This document shows, piece by piece, positions 26,778-36,336 of a stretch of DNA of 42,281 bases (positions within the stretch are counted from its first letter, which is position 1; each line of letters begins with the position of its first letter). The DNA is taken from contig DASWCR010000031.1 of assembly GCA_036389995.1 (NCBI GenBank), forward strand, positions 1 through 42,281. Direction: 5' to 3'. The translations under genes and the position numbers were made by a program. Under the pieces are notes generated by a model. The model was not told the DNA's origin and did no database searches. It saw only the letters and a list, made by a program, of their open reading frames with translations. This stretch comes from Candidatus Limnocylindria bacterium (GTDB lineage: Bacteria > Chloroflexota > Limnocylindria > P2-11E).

Positions 26778-27952
26778 CCGAGCGCCTTCGCCGAGGCCGC
26801 GAGGACGCGATCGATCTCGCTCTCCGAGATCACGAGCGGCGGCAGGAAGCGCACCACGGTCGGGCCCGCGCCGAGCGCGAGGATCCCCTCATCCTGCAGC
26901 GCGCGGAGCGCGCCCGCAGCGTTCTCCTTGAGCTCCACGCCGACCAGTAGGCCGAGACCCCGCACCTCGCGAACGCGGTCGCTCCGGATCGCGCGGAGGC
27001 CGTCGATAAGCTGCGCTCCGCGCTCGCGCGCGTTCGCAGCGAGACCCAGACGGCGGATCTCGCCGATCGCCGCGATGGCAGCGGCGCAGGCCAGAGGGTT
27101 TCCGCCGAACGTCGTGGAATGCGACCGCTTGGCGAGGTCGCCGACCTTGCGCGAGAACGCGATGGCGCCCATCGGCATGCCGCCGGCGATCGATTTCGCG
27201 AGGCAGAGGATGTCCGGCATCAGTCCGTACTGCTCGATCGCGAAGAGGCTGCCGGTCCGTCCGAACCCCGTCTGGACCTCATCGACGATCAGGAGCGCGC
27301 CGCGCTCGGCGCAGACCCGTGCCGCTTCCCGCGCGAACTCAGGGCTCGCCGGACGCACGCCGCCCTCTCCCTGCACGAGCTCGAAGATGAACGCGGCGGT
27401 CTCATCGGTGATCGCAGCGTCGAGCGCCTCGGGCTTGTTGAACGGAACGTGCGAGAAACCGGGAACGAGAGGACCGAACATGTCCCGGTACTCGGGTCCC
27501 CACGTCGCCGAGAGCGCGCCCATGGTCTTCCCGTGAAAGCCGCGCATCGTCGCGACGATGCCGGTCCGCTTCGTCGCGGCGCGCGCGAATTTGAGAGCGC
27601 CCTCGACGGCTTCGGTCCCGCTGTTGCAGAGAAAAACCCGATCGAGCGCGGCGGGCAGGATGCCGGCGAGCACGCCGTAGAGCTCGGCCCGACGATCGTT
27701 GTAGAAGAGTTCGGTGCAGGACGCCAGGGTCCGCGCCTGTTGGGCGATCGCGTCGGCGACCGCGGCGTTGCCGTGGCCCAGGTTCGCCATGCCCTGACCC
27801 CCGACGCAATCGATGTACGCACGCCCCTCGCTGTCGAACACGATCGCGCCTTCGCCACGCACGAGGACGATCGCGCGCTTGGTGTAGAGGCCTGAGGTGT
27901 GCGCGTCCTCGGCCGCGATGAGATCCGCGGTCGACCGAAGGGTCGTGCTCAC
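26774..27952 (-). CDS. lysJ: [LysW]-aminoadipate semialdehyde / acetylornithine-type aminotransferase (class III PLP)
   Basis: [11 protein letters not shown] and the PLP-Lys context LAKSIAGG. Identified also by cluster context; GTGA overlap with lysZ. Confidence 0.85.
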   Translation of the reverse strand: MSTTLRSTADLIAAEDAHTSGLYTKRAIVLVRGEGAIVFDSEGRAYIDCVGGQGMANLGHGNAAVADAIAQQARTLASCTELFYNDRRAELYGVLAGILPAALDRVFLCNSGTEAVEGALKFARAATKRTGIVATMRGFHGKTMGALSATWGPEYRDMFGPLVPGFSHVPFNKPEALDAAITDETAAFIFELVQGEGGVRPASPEFAREAARVCAERGALLIVDEVQTGFGRTGSLFAIEQYGLMPDILCLAKSIAGGMPMGAIAFSRKVGDLAKRSHSTTFGGNPLACAAAIAAIGEIRRLGLAANARERGAQLIDGLRAIRSDRVREVRGLGLLVGVELKENAAGALRALQDEGILALGAGPTVVRFLPPLVISESEIDRVLAASAKALG

Positions 27953-28728
27953 GATCGGATCACGGTCCGTACGCTCGGATCTCCGCCCGCCGACCGGATG
28001 ACGACTTCATCGACGCCACCATCGATCGCCTCGCGCGCCGCGAGGATCTTCACTTTCATGCGCCCGCGGGCCATTGATTCAGCCTCGGCGATCGTCGTCT
28101 CGGCGACGAGCGTGCGCGGATCCTCCACATCGCGAAGCAATCCCGGCACGCTTGTGAGGATGATGAGCGCATCCGCGTCGATCGCCACCGCGATCGCGGC
28201 CGCGACTCGGTCGCCGTCGACGTTGAGCGCCTGCTGCTCCGTCGACAGCGCGAGTGGAGCGACCACGGGTACGCGACCGGCTCCGATGAACTGGGTGAGG
28301 AGCGGGAGGTTCACGGCCTCGACCTTTCCGGTGTAGTCGTCGCGAAGGAGGATGGTCTTCCCATCGCGCACGGAGCGCACGTCCTTCTTCCGTGCGACGA
28401 GGAGGCGACCCGAGAGGCCGGAGAGCCCGACCGCGTCGATCCCACGCTGCTGGAGCTTCTCGACGTAAAGGAAGTTCTCCACCCCAAGGGCGGCCATCGC
28501 GAAGATCTCGAGCGTCCGGCGATCGGTGCGACGGCTCTGGTGGCCCGACGGGGATACGAGAGTCTCCTGAGGATGACCGAGCGCCGTCGCGAGCTTGTTC
28601 GTTTCGGCGGAGGCGCCGTGCACCAGCACGATCTCGTCCGATCGAGCGATGTCCGCGACGAGATCGGCGACGGCATCGCGATCCACCCCCGCGCTGCCGC
28701 CCGCCTTTACGACCGCACGAAGCGTCAT
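27949..28728 (-). CDS. lysZ: [LysW]-aminoadipate kinase (amino-acid kinase family)
   Basis: [18 protein letters not shown] and an AAK fold pattern. The start is moved to ATG 28728, overlapping the lysY stop (ATGA). The Arg-rich 37-aa extension in the track ORF is rejected. Confidence 0.85.
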   Translation of the reverse strand: MTLRAVVKAGGSAGVDRDAVADLVADIARSDEIVLVHGASAETNKLATALGHPQETLVSPSGHQSRRTDRRTLEIFAMAALGVENFLYVEKLQQRGIDAVGLSGLSGRLLVARKKDVRSVRDGKTILLRDDYTGKVEAVNLPLLTQFIGAGRVPVVAPLALSTEQQALNVDGDRVAAAIAVAIDADALIILTSVPGLLRDVEDPRTLVAETTIAEAESMARGRMKVKILAAREAIDGGVDEVVIRSAGGDPSVRTVIRS

Positions 28729-29759
28729 GGATGCAGGCCCACGAACGCGAGTCCGGCCTGCTCGTCGAGGCCGAGCGCGACGTTCATCGCCTGGACGCCG
28801 TTGCCGGCAGCGCCCTTGACGAGGTTGTCGATCGCGCAAAGGGCGACGACGCGGTCTCCTCGAGGATCGAGCGCGAACCCGACGTCTGCGAAGTTCGTGC
28901 CCGCGAGGAGCTTCGGCTCGGGATAGCGCCAGATGCCGGCGCGCTCTTTGACGATACGGACGAACGGCTCGGCGGCGTATGTGTCGCGGTAGATCTTCCA
29001 GAGCGCCTTCTCGTCCATCGGGGCGTTCGTGTAAGCGTGCGCCGTCGCCAGCACGCCGCGCACGAGCTCCACAGAGGTCACCGAGAGGTCGACTCGCAGG
29101 TGGTGTCCGCCCAGGCGCAGCTCCTGCTCGATCTCAGGTGTATGACGGTGCCCCACCGGCCGGAACGAGCGCACCACGCCCGAACGCTCCGGGTGGTGGC
29201 TGTCATCGCTGGGCTCGCGGCCTCCCTCGCTCGACCCGACCTTGCACTCGATGACGACGGGCCGCGTGCGGTCGACGACCCCGGCGCGGAAGAGAGGGAG
29301 GAGCGCGAGGATCGATGCGGTCGCGTTGCAGCCCGCCCCGGTGATACGGGTCGCGCTACCGATCTCGGTTCGGTGAAGCTCCGGGATGCCGTACGTCCAG
29401 CGATCGAGCACGGTCGGCCTCGGGTGCGGCGAGTCGTACCAGCGGTCGTAGTCCGCAGGGTCGCGGAGACGGTGGTCGCTCGACAGGTCGATCAGGATCG
29501 TCGTCCGATCCTCGAACTCGTGCGCGCGGTGGGCCCCGTTCGGTAGCGAGAGAAAGAGGACGTCGCACTTGCCCACGTCCTCGTAGTGCACGAAGGAGAG
29601 GCTCGTCCGCTTCCGTAAGTTCGGGTGTGCCGCGGTCACCGGCTTCCCCGCGAGCGACTCGCTGCCGGCGACGATCTCGTCGACCTTCGGGTGGCTCAGG
29701 AGGAGACGCAGGAGCTCGCCGCCCGCGTACCCGGCGGCGCCAACTACTCCGACCTTCAC
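28725..29759 (-). CDS. lysY: [LysW]-aminoadipyl-phosphate reductase (ArgC/LysY family)
   Basis: [20 protein letters not shown] Rossmann N-terminus and catalytic Cys context GAGCNATA. The GTG start at 29759 overlaps the lysX stop (GTGA). The 558-aa track ORF has an artefactual Arg-rich extension. Confidence 0.9.
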   Translation of the reverse strand: MKVGVVGAAGYAGGELLRLLLSHPKVDEIVAGSESLAGKPVTAAHPNLRKRTSLSFVHYEDVGKCDVLFLSLPNGAHRAHEFEDRTTILIDLSSDHRLRDPADYDRWYDSPHPRPTVLDRWTYGIPELHRTEIGSATRITGAGCNATASILALLPLFRAGVVDRTRPVVIECKVGSSEGGREPSDDSHHPERSGVVRSFRPVGHRHTPEIEQELRLGGHHLRVDLSVTSVELVRGVLATAHAYTNAPMDEKALWKIYRDTYAAEPFVRIVKERAGIWRYPEPKLLAGTNFADVGFALDPRGDRVVALCAIDNLVKGAAGNGVQAMNVALGLDEQAGLAFVGLHP

Positions 29760-30622
29760 TGCGATCGCGCGGCCCTCGCCACCTCGAGGACGTAATCGAC
29801 GACCTTCGCGGGGATGTTCACGCCGGTCGTGTCGATGGAATTGCGGAACTCCATCGTGTAGTTCACCTCGTTCACGAGCAGTCCCTCGGGCGCCTCGAGA
29901 AGATCGATCGCGACAACGCCGCCTCCGACGGCACGGGCCGCGCGCACGCAGAGCTCGTCGAGCTCCGGCGTGACGGGGCAGTTCGACGCCTGCCCGCCGC
30001 GGGCGGTGTTCGTGATCCAATGGTCGCTCGCGCGGTAGATCGCGGCGATCGTCTCGCTTCCGACGACGAACGCGCGGATATCGCGGCCGGGCTTCTGGAT
30101 GTACTCCTGGACGTAATAGATCGAGTGAAGGTAGTTGCCGAGGACATCCTTGTGCTCGACGATCGCCTCGGCCGCCTCGCGATCGTTGACCTTCGAGACG
30201 AGACGGCCCCACGAGCCGATGAGCGGCTTGAGCACGACGGGATATCCGAGCTCCTCGATCGCCGCGAGCGCCGATTCGGGCGTGAACGCCACGCGCGTCC
30301 GCGGACTCGGCACCCCGTCGCGGACGAGGCGCATCGTCGTGAGCAGCTTGTTGCCGCAAATCTCCGCGACCTCGTAACGGTTCACCGTCGGTACGCCCCA
30401 CGCGTCCAACACCGCGAGCGCGTAGAGAGCGGTGCCATGTTGGATGCAGCGCTCGAGGATCACGTCGACGCCGAGCTCGGGCGGGTGCTCGACCGCGAGG
30501 ACGAGCTCGCGGTCATCGATGATCTTCGTCTCGACGCCTCGCGACTCGAGCTCGGCCAGCAGGAGCTTCTCCTCGACGCGCACCCGCGAGAGGAGCACCC
30601 CGACGCGCGGCTTGTTATTCAC
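29756..30622 (-). CDS. lysX: LysW--alpha-aminoadipate (or glutamate) ligase, RimK-type ATP-grasp
   Basis: [26 protein letters not shown]... ATP-grasp pattern. GTG 30622 is preferred as the start (8-nt overlap with lysW); TTG 30655 is the alternative. Confidence 0.85.
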   Translation of the reverse strand: MNNKPRVGVLLSRVRVEEKLLLAELESRGVETKIIDDRELVLAVEHPPELGVDVILERCIQHGTALYALAVLDAWGVPTVNRYEVAEICGNKLLTTMRLVRDGVPSPRTRVAFTPESALAAIEELGYPVVLKPLIGSWGRLVSKVNDREAAEAIVEHKDVLGNYLHSIYYVQEYIQKPGRDIRAFVVGSETIAAIYRASDHWITNTARGGQASNCPVTPELDELCVRAARAVGGGVVAIDLLEAPEGLLVNEVNYTMEFRNSIDTTGVNIPAKVVDYVLEVARAARSQ

Positions 30623-30779
30623 CCCAGTCCTCTTGCGCCTCCGGCGCGAGGGCAAGCGCGAGGGGCGTGGTCTCCTTCACTTCGAGCTCGGCGCCGCAAT
30701 CGGGGCAGGACACGATCTCGCCTTTGACGGCGTCGGAGCCGACGGTGACCTCGGCATCGCACTCGGGGCACTTCGCCAC
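30615..30779 (-). CDS. lysW: Amino-group carrier protein LysW (54 aa; absent from the ORF track)
   Basis: Own translation: [54 protein letters not shown]. It has a CxxC...CxxC zinc ribbon and the diagnostic C-terminal EDWGE tail. GGAGGGGGA SD lies 3 nt upstream of the GTG. Confidence 0.88.
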   Translation of the reverse strand: MAKCPECDAEVTVGSDAVKGEIVSCPDCGAELEVKETTPLALALAPEAQEDWGE

Positions 30780-30821
30780 GATCCCCCTCCTCGTGTGAGC
30801 TCTAAGGGGAAGCCTAACGAA

Positions 30822-32837
30822 TCAGTCGGCGTCCGCGGCGACGGCGAGTCGCGTGGTTCGCGCTCGCGCTTTGTCTTCATACATGCGCGCGTCCGCCGTG
30901 CTGATGAGCGTGTCGGCATCGCGGCCGTCGATGGGGAACCACGCGATACCGAAGGACGCCCGCGGCAGCTCGTTGGCCTGGCCGGCCCACATGTAGCGCT
31001 CCTCGCGCAGTCTTCCCGCGATCCGGCCGACGATCGCCTGCGCGGGTAGCGGACCGGTGCGGGGCAGGAGAACGACGAACTCGTCGCCACCGAAGCGCGC
31101 GACCACGTCTTCCGAGCGCGTCGCCTGGCGCATCGCTCGCGCGAGCGTCCGAAGCACCTCATTGCCGACGAGGTGGCCGGCGGTGTCGTTCACGGCCTTG
31201 AGGCCGTCGACGTCGCACATCACCACGCCGAAAGTCTCGCCGTGTCGCGTCGCGTCGGCGATCTGGACCTCGAGGCGCTCGAGCAGGCTGCGGCGGTTGA
31301 GGACGCCGGTGAGGTCGTCGTCGCGGGCGAGGCGGCGGGTCTCGGCGAGAAGCGCGGCGTTCGCTATCGCGATCGCCGCCTGCGCCGCGTAGAGACGGAC
31401 AAGACGTCGTGCCTCCTCCGAGAAGACGCGGGGACGCGAGACGTACGCGGTGAGAGTTCCGACGATCTCGCCGTGGGCGACGAGCGGCGCGGCGATCGCC
31501 GACGCGATGAGTCCGTAGAGCGCCGGGTTGCTGTCGGGGTGGGCACGATAGTCGCTCGCGGCGACGACGTCGCGCGTGCGAAGGCTCTCGAGGGCGATTC
31601 CCCGGAGGTCCTCACCGACGGACGAGCGCAGGCCGAGCGCGGGCGCGTTGTGCACGGCGCGAACGACGAACCCCTGACCGTTCTCCGCGAGCGCGACCAT
31701 CGCGCCGTCCGTGCCCGTGAGGGCGGCCGCTTCACGCGCGATGAGACTCGCGAGCTCTTCGAGCGAGAACTCACCGGCGGTCGCGAGACCGACGTCGTAC
31801 AGGATGGCGAGCTCCTCGGCGCGGCGTCGCTCGCGCTCGCCGAGCTGCCAGTTCGTGTAGAGGGCGAGACCGGCGCGGATCGCAAGCACCAGCACCGTCA
31901 TGGCGACCGCGCCATCGATCAGGTCCGCGAACCGGCCGGGCACCCTCTGGACATCCGTGTACACGAGGAGGAACGAGCACGCCGCCGCGACGACCCCCGG
32001 CAGCACCATGCGCGACAGGTGAACCGCAGCCCCGGAGAGCCGGCTGTTGCGACCGTCCTCGCGGTCCTCGACCCACTGCGCGCCGGCGATGCCGATGGCG
32101 CCGATCCCGACGAGCCAGAGCGCATCGATCGGCGTCCCCGCCTTGAACGTGCCCTCCACGTTCGCGGGGAGGTAGAGCACGAAGGCAAGAGCGTTCAGGC
32201 CGAGGCCGAGGAAGAGCGAAGTCACCGCGCCACGCGGCTCGGGCTGCGGCAGTCCCCACACCGCCGAGAGGGCAGCCGCCGTCGCCGCCACGTACAGCAG
32301 CGGGTAGAGCACGGCGACCGCCGACGCCTGCGGGTCACGACCGACGTCGGTCGCAAGCGTTGTCGCGAGGAACAGCGTTACCGCGGCGACGAGCGTCAGC
32401 ACCACCGCACCGACATCGAGGACGAGGGCGTAGAGCGTGAGCTTTTGCCCGTGCCGGCGAAGCAGAAGCACAAGGGCGATCGTCCAGACCGGCGCAGCGG
32501 TCATGAAGCCCAGATCCGCGACGAGCGGCGAGGGCATCGGAAGGCCGCCGATCTCCGCGGCGTCGCGGAGGAGCTGACCGACGAGCCAGGAAACGGAGCC
32601 CGCGCAGAACAGCAGCCAGACCATCCGGTCGTCGCCCCGAGAGGCACGCACCGCGCGAGCGGTGCCGAAGATCGCACCGATCGCCGCCGCGGTCCACGCG
32701 AAGTCGGCCACGACGCAGCGCGCGAAGTCGTCGGTAAGCAGCTGCTCGATCCCGTAGACGAACGCCGCCCCGAGGACCGCGGCGGCGTACCGCGGGATCG
32801 CGCCACGCGAGTGTGCGGACAACAGTTTTCGTATCAC
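30822..32837 (-). CDS. Polytopic membrane sensor - GAF - GGDEF diguanylate cyclase
   Basis: About 10 predicted TM helices, a GAF block, then DDLTGVLNRRS and RFGGDEFVV with an RxxD I-site (RSED). Confidence 0.9.
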   Translation of the reverse strand: MIRKLLSAHSRGAIPRYAAAVLGAAFVYGIEQLLTDDFARCVVADFAWTAAAIGAIFGTARAVRASRGDDRMVWLLFCAGSVSWLVGQLLRDAAEIGGLPMPSPLVADLGFMTAAPVWTIALVLLLRRHGQKLTLYALVLDVGAVVLTLVAAVTLFLATTLATDVGRDPQASAVAVLYPLLYVAATAAALSAVWGLPQPEPRGAVTSLFLGLGLNALAFVLYLPANVEGTFKAGTPIDALWLVGIGAIGIAGAQWVEDREDGRNSRLSGAAVHLSRMVLPGVVAAACSFLLVYTDVQRVPGRFADLIDGAVAMTVLVLAIRAGLALYTNWQLGERERRRAEELAILYDVGLATAGEFSLEELASLIAREAAALTGTDGAMVALAENGQGFVVRAVHNAPALGLRSSVGEDLRGIALESLRTRDVVAASDYRAHPDSNPALYGLIASAIAAPLVAHGEIVGTLTAYVSRPRVFSEEARRLVRLYAAQAAIAIANAALLAETRRLARDDDLTGVLNRRSLLERLEVQIADATRHGETFGVVMCDVDGLKAVNDTAGHLVGNEVLRTLARAMRQATRSEDVVARFGGDEFVVLLPRTGPLPAQAIVGRIAGRLREERYMWAGQANELPRASFGIAWFPIDGRDADTLISTADARMYEDKARARTTRLAVAADAD

Positions 32838-32980
32838 GCTGAAGACGCTAGGGACCGCGAGCGCGTTCGAGAACGCCCAGAACGTACCGATCCCGGCCTC
32901 TGCGGGGGACGCGAACGGGGGAATTCGATAGGGTCACTCCCCCATTGGTGTGAGTACTGCGACGAGTGGGCTAGCTTGGG

Positions 32981-34183
32981 ATGGTGACTCCGCCGCTCGT
33001 CGTGACGATCTTCGACGCGCTCGTCTTCCTCGCGGTCGTCGTGCCATTCCTGCTGCTCATCCGCCACCGCAACGCCATACCGACGCTGCCCGCGTTTCCG
33101 GGACCGGTGGCGCTGCCGCGGCTCTCGGTCGTCGTGCCGGCGCGTGATGAAGGCTCGACGATCGGGCGTGCGCTCGGATCGCTCCTCGCGCAGGACTACC
33201 CGGACCTCGAGGTCATCGTCGTCGACGATCGCTCGAGCGACACGACCGGCGACGTTCTCCGCGAGATCGCCGCGAAGGACGGCCGGCTCATGGTGCTTCG
33301 CGTGGACGAGCTTCCGGCGGGATGGCTCGGAAAGAACCACGCGATGTGGAGAGGCGCCGCTCGCGCGAGCGGGAAGTGGCTCCTCTTCACGGATGCGGAC
33401 GTCGTGTTCGCGCAGGGTGCGCTGCGCCATGGCGTCGCATACGCGGCGGCCGAAAGCCTCGACCATCTCACGCTCGCGCCGCGCCTTGTCGCGCGCGGCC
33501 TTGCGCTGCGCGCCTTCGTCGCCTTCTTCGGCTACGCCTTCATAGCGCTCTGGGGCGCGTACCTGGCGAACGACCCGAAGAGCAAACGCGGTGTGGGGAT
33601 CGGGGCGTTCAATCTCGTCCGCAGCTCCGCCTATGAGCGGATCGGAACAATGCGCGCGCTCTCGCTCCGTCCCGACGACGACATTCGCCTCGGCCGCCGA
33701 CTCCGCGGGTTCGGATTCAGGCAGCGGGTCCTGAACGGCAACGCGCTCCTATCCGTCGAGTGGTACCCCTCGCTCTGCGCCGCGATCTCCGGCCTCGAAA
33801 AGAGCATGTACTCGAGCATGGAATACCGCGTGATCGACGCGGCCGGGGTGCTCCTGTATCTGGGCGCAACGATGGTGTGGCCATTCGTCGGCGTCGTCCT
33901 TGTTGGCGGGATCGACCGGGTGCTCCTCGCCTTCGTCGTCGCATGCCTCATGGCGGCGCTTCTCGAGACATATCGCCAGTCGATGTCCTTGAAGCTCACG
34001 CCGTCCGCGCTCCTGGTGGCGGTGCTCCTGCCGTTCTCAGCCGCTTGTTTTGGATGGGCCATCGTGCGGTCGGTGTATCTCGCTGAGACCCGCGGCGTGC
34101 GGTGGCGGGGGACGACCTATCCGCTTTCGCTCCTTCGAGCTCAGTCCGGACTCGAAGGGATCGCGGCGAACCGCAGCAGGTAG
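32981..34183 (+). CDS. Membrane-anchored family 2 glycosyltransferase (GT2/GT21-like)
   Basis: LSVVVPARDE, VIVVDDRSSD, FTDADV, RPDDDIRLG, C-terminal TM helices and a VRWRGTTY motif. Confidence 0.8.
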   Translation: MVTPPLVVTIFDALVFLAVVVPFLLLIRHRNAIPTLPAFPGPVALPRLSVVVPARDEGSTIGRALGSLLAQDYPDLEVIVVDDRSSDTTGDVLREIAAKDGRLMVLRVDELPAGWLGKNHAMWRGAARASGKWLLFTDADVVFAQGALRHGVAYAAAESLDHLTLAPRLVARGLALRAFVAFFGYAFIALWGAYLANDPKSKRGVGIGAFNLVRSSAYERIGTMRALSLRPDDDIRLGRRLRGFGFRQRVLNGNALLSVEWYPSLCAAISGLEKSMYSSMEYRVIDAAGVLLYLGATMVWPFVGVVLVGGIDRVLLAFVVACLMAALLETYRQSMSLKLTPSALLVAVLLPFSAACFGWAIVRSVYLAETRGVRWRGTTYPLSLLRAQSGLEGIAANRSR

Positions 34184-34914
34184 GTCTCGAGGTCGGCGAG
34201 CTCGGCGTCGCTGATCACGTCTCTTCCGTACGCGGGCATCCCGCGGTCGCTCCCGCGGCGCACGATCTCCGTCTCGATGCGCCCGCGGATCGACAGGTCT
34301 CCGGGCGCGTCGCCCTCCGGTCCATGGCAGAGGTGGCAACCCAGCGCGAAGTAGATGGCCGCGCCTCGCGTTTGCCGGTTGACCGAAGGGTCAGCCGCGG
34401 CGAGCTGCGCGAGGCTGGGCTCCGCGATCGCGAGGGCGCTCGCGGTGCCGCGCTGGAGCGCGCGGATATACGCGACCATCGCCCAAATCTCGGCGTCCTT
34501 GTACTGATCGCCGAATGCCGGCATCGCTGTGAAGCCGAGGCCGTTCTTCACGATCCAGAAAAGCTGCGCGTCGGTCTTGCTCTTTGCGTTCTCGCTGGTG
34601 AGGTCGGTCGCGTGGGGGTAGGTCGTCAAGCCGAAGGCGCCTCGCCCGTCACCGTTGGCGCCGTGACATACCGCGCAGGAGCCCGTGTACGCCGCGAGGC
34701 CGGTGCTGAGTGCGCGTTGGTCGTTGGCGACGGGATTCGGGGCGTCGCCGCCAAGGATCCGGGACACGACCGACACCGCGGCGTCTCCGTAGGCGTGTTC
34801 GAGTGGCAGGTCCTGGCGATGGGTCAGCGCGAATGGGAGGGCCACCACGAGGACCAGGACGAGCGCGGTCACAGCACCGAACGCGGCGACGAAGAGGGAC
34901 CGGCGTTTGCTCAA
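34141..34914 (-). CDS. Membrane-anchored dihaem c-type cytochrome
   Basis: N-terminal anchor LFVAAFGAVTALVLVLVVAL and two CxxCH motifs (CAVCH, CHLCH). Confidence 0.8.
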   Translation of the reverse strand: MSKRRSLFVAAFGAVTALVLVLVVALPFALTHRQDLPLEHAYGDAAVSVVSRILGGDAPNPVANDQRALSTGLAAYTGSCAVCHGANGDGRGAFGLTTYPHATDLTSENAKSKTDAQLFWIVKNGLGFTAMPAFGDQYKDAEIWAMVAYIRALQRGTASALAIAEPSLAQLAAADPSVNRQTRGAAIYFALGCHLCHGPEGDAPGDLSIRGRIETEIVRRGSDRGMPAYGRDVISDAELADLETYLLRFAAIPSSPD

Positions 34915-34958
34915 CCTGCCAGAAAGTACGCGACACGAGGCCGCACGGATGCGCGAGC

Positions 34959-35396
34959 CTAGCCGGCGCGCTCCAGAAGGATGACCGGGATCTCTCGCGA
35001 GGTCCTCTTCTCGTACTCCCTGAACGCCGGCATCCGCGACGCCTGAAGGTCGTAGAGACGGCGATGTTCGGCGCCCCTGGGCACGCTCGCGTTCGCCTCG
35101 AACCGCTCGGGCCCGACCTCGATGGTGACGCGGGGGTTCGCGCGCAGATTGCGGTACCAGTCGGGATTTGTGGGCGCACCGCCCTTCGACGCGATCACGA
35201 AAATGCGGTCGCCGTCGCGGGTGAAGGCCAGCGGATTTGTCCGCTCGCGTCCTGTCTTCGCCCCGCGCGTGGTGAGTAGCAGGAGGTCGCGGCCGGTGAA
35301 CGGGCCTTTGGTGATCTGCCCGTGATGCCTTCGGAAGTCTTCGATGACGCTTTCGTTGAATCCGGCGAACGAACGGGGCCGACGGTCATCGCTCAT
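34959..35396 (-). CDS. Deazaflavin (F420)-dependent oxidoreductase, DDN / nitroreductase family
   Basis: FNESVIEDFRRHHGQITKGPFTGRDLLLLTTRGAKTGRERTNPLAF...GGAPTNPDWYRNLRANPRVTIEVG is the characteristic family pattern. Confidence 0.85.
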   Translation of the reverse strand: MSDDRRPRSFAGFNESVIEDFRRHHGQITKGPFTGRDLLLLTTRGAKTGRERTNPLAFTRDGDRIFVIASKGGAPTNPDWYRNLRANPRVTIEVGPERFEANASVPRGAEHRRLYDLQASRMPAFREYEKRTSREIPVILLERAG

Positions 35397-35479
35397 CTGT
35401 CGCGCAACAGGGCCAGTACGCCGGCTACTCCGCGCCGAGGCCGGACGGTCGCTGCCAGATCGCCCCTAATGAAACCGTG

Positions 35480-35551
35480 TGAGCCAGCAGGGATTCGAAC
35501 CCTGGACCAAGAGATTAAGAGTCTCCTGCTCTACCGCTGAGCTACTGGCCC
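35480..35551 (-). tRNA. tRNA-Lys (anticodon CUU); CCA not encoded
   Basis: Minus strand: acceptor GGGCCAG/CTGGCTC (one G-U), D arm GCTC-AGCGGTA-GAGC, anticodon stem GGAGA/TCTCT with loop CT-CTT-AA, T arm CAGGG-TTCGAAT-CCCTG, discriminator A. Confidence 0.9.
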
Positions 35552-35605
35552 CTCGAAATGGTACCGACGGGCGAGCAGCACCACCAACCGAGTTGTCCAC
35601 CAATG

Positions 35606-36046
35606 TTATCCGCTCGCGTGCGAACCTCGGCTGCTTCTGGACTCACTGATCTCTTTGAGCGTCTCGCCGACCTTGCGCTCATTGCCCGCTCGCGCGATCT
35701 GCGCGGTCACGATGATCCCGACGAGCTTCCCGCCTTCGACCACCGGCAATCGGCGGATCTGACGATCGGCCATTTTCTTTTCAGCGTCGGTGACGTCGTC
35801 ATCCGGGCCGACCGTGACCGGATCCGACGACATGACCTTGCTGATGCGCTGCGTCTTCGGATCCACTCCGGCCGCAATGCCGCGAACGACGATGTCACGG
35901 TCGGTGACGATGCCAACGAGACGTCCGCCCTCAACGACGGGGATCGAGCCGCAGTCCTCCTGCTTCATGAGCGTCGCAACCTCGCCGAGCGTCGCGTCGG
36001 CCTTGACGGTCGTCGGCTGTTTTGTCATGAGCTCGCGAACCTTCAT
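35606..36046 (-). CDS. CBS-pair domain protein
   Basis: MKVRELMTKQPTTV...IPVVEGGRLVGIVTDRDIVVR and a second CBS repeat (VMSSDPVTV...RRLPVVEGGKLVGII). ATG 36046 is preceded by GGAGG. Confidence 0.85.
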   Translation of the reverse strand: MKVRELMTKQPTTVKADATLGEVATLMKQEDCGSIPVVEGGRLVGIVTDRDIVVRGIAAGVDPKTQRISKVMSSDPVTVGPDDDVTDAEKKMADRQIRRLPVVEGGKLVGIIVTAQIARAGNERKVGETLKEISESRSSRGSHASG

Positions 36047-36089
36047 GTGCGTACCTCCGGGCGGAGGCGCGGCAGGACGCATACCGCGC

Positions 36090-36236
36090 CTAAGTCGAGG
36101 CGCCGATCTTGAAGATCTTGGTCCCGCAGACCGGGCAGATCCCCTGAGTCGCGGGGCGGCCGTTCTTCATGGTGATCTGCTGCGCGTCCTTTATCTCACG
36201 CGAGGCCTTGCACTTGACGCAATAGCCGCTGGCCAA
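36090..36236 (-). CDS. Small zinc-ribbon protein (DUF5679-like)
   Basis: MASGYCVKCKASREIKDAQQITMKNGRPATQGICPVCGTKIFKIG with a CxxC...CxxC pattern. TTG start at 36236, 7 nt after GGAGG. The longer track ORF is rejected. Confidence 0.65.
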   Translation of the reverse strand: MASGYCVKCKASREIKDAQQITMKNGRPATQGICPVCGTKIFKIGAST

Positions 36237-36316
36237 CGCAGCACCTCCCGATGGTCTGTCGTCGCAGCGTACCCTAGCCCCCTGGCTCGGCCGCGCGACC
36301 CCATACATCCACAAAA

Positions 36317-36336
36317 CCCCGACCTTGCGGTCGGGG
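36317..36336 (-). terminator. Orphan terminator-like hairpin (U-tract on the minus strand)
   Basis: CCCCGACC-ttgc-GGTCGGGG forms a perfect 8-bp stem. On the minus strand it is followed by TTTTGT (36316-36311) and preceded by a CU-rich tract. Confidence 0.35.

Noticed and set aside
29760-30401. 213-aa N-terminal extension of the lysY track ORF, with analogous extensions of lysZ (28729-28839), MBL (21976-22080), REC-ATPase (13192-13281), valS (3864-3944), CBS and DUF5679 ORFs
   Set aside because: The extensions are Arg-rich, overlap the upstream gene or RNA element, and family-typical N-termini with SD sequences or GTGA/ATGA coupling occur at the internal starts.
31173-32987. 604-aa plus-strand ORF antisense to the TM-GAF-GGDEF gene; similarly 36325..37629 (+) and 37212..38408 (-)
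   Set aside because: Arg-rich shadow ORFs. The alternative frames contain recognisable GGDEF, CinA and polytopic-membrane proteins.
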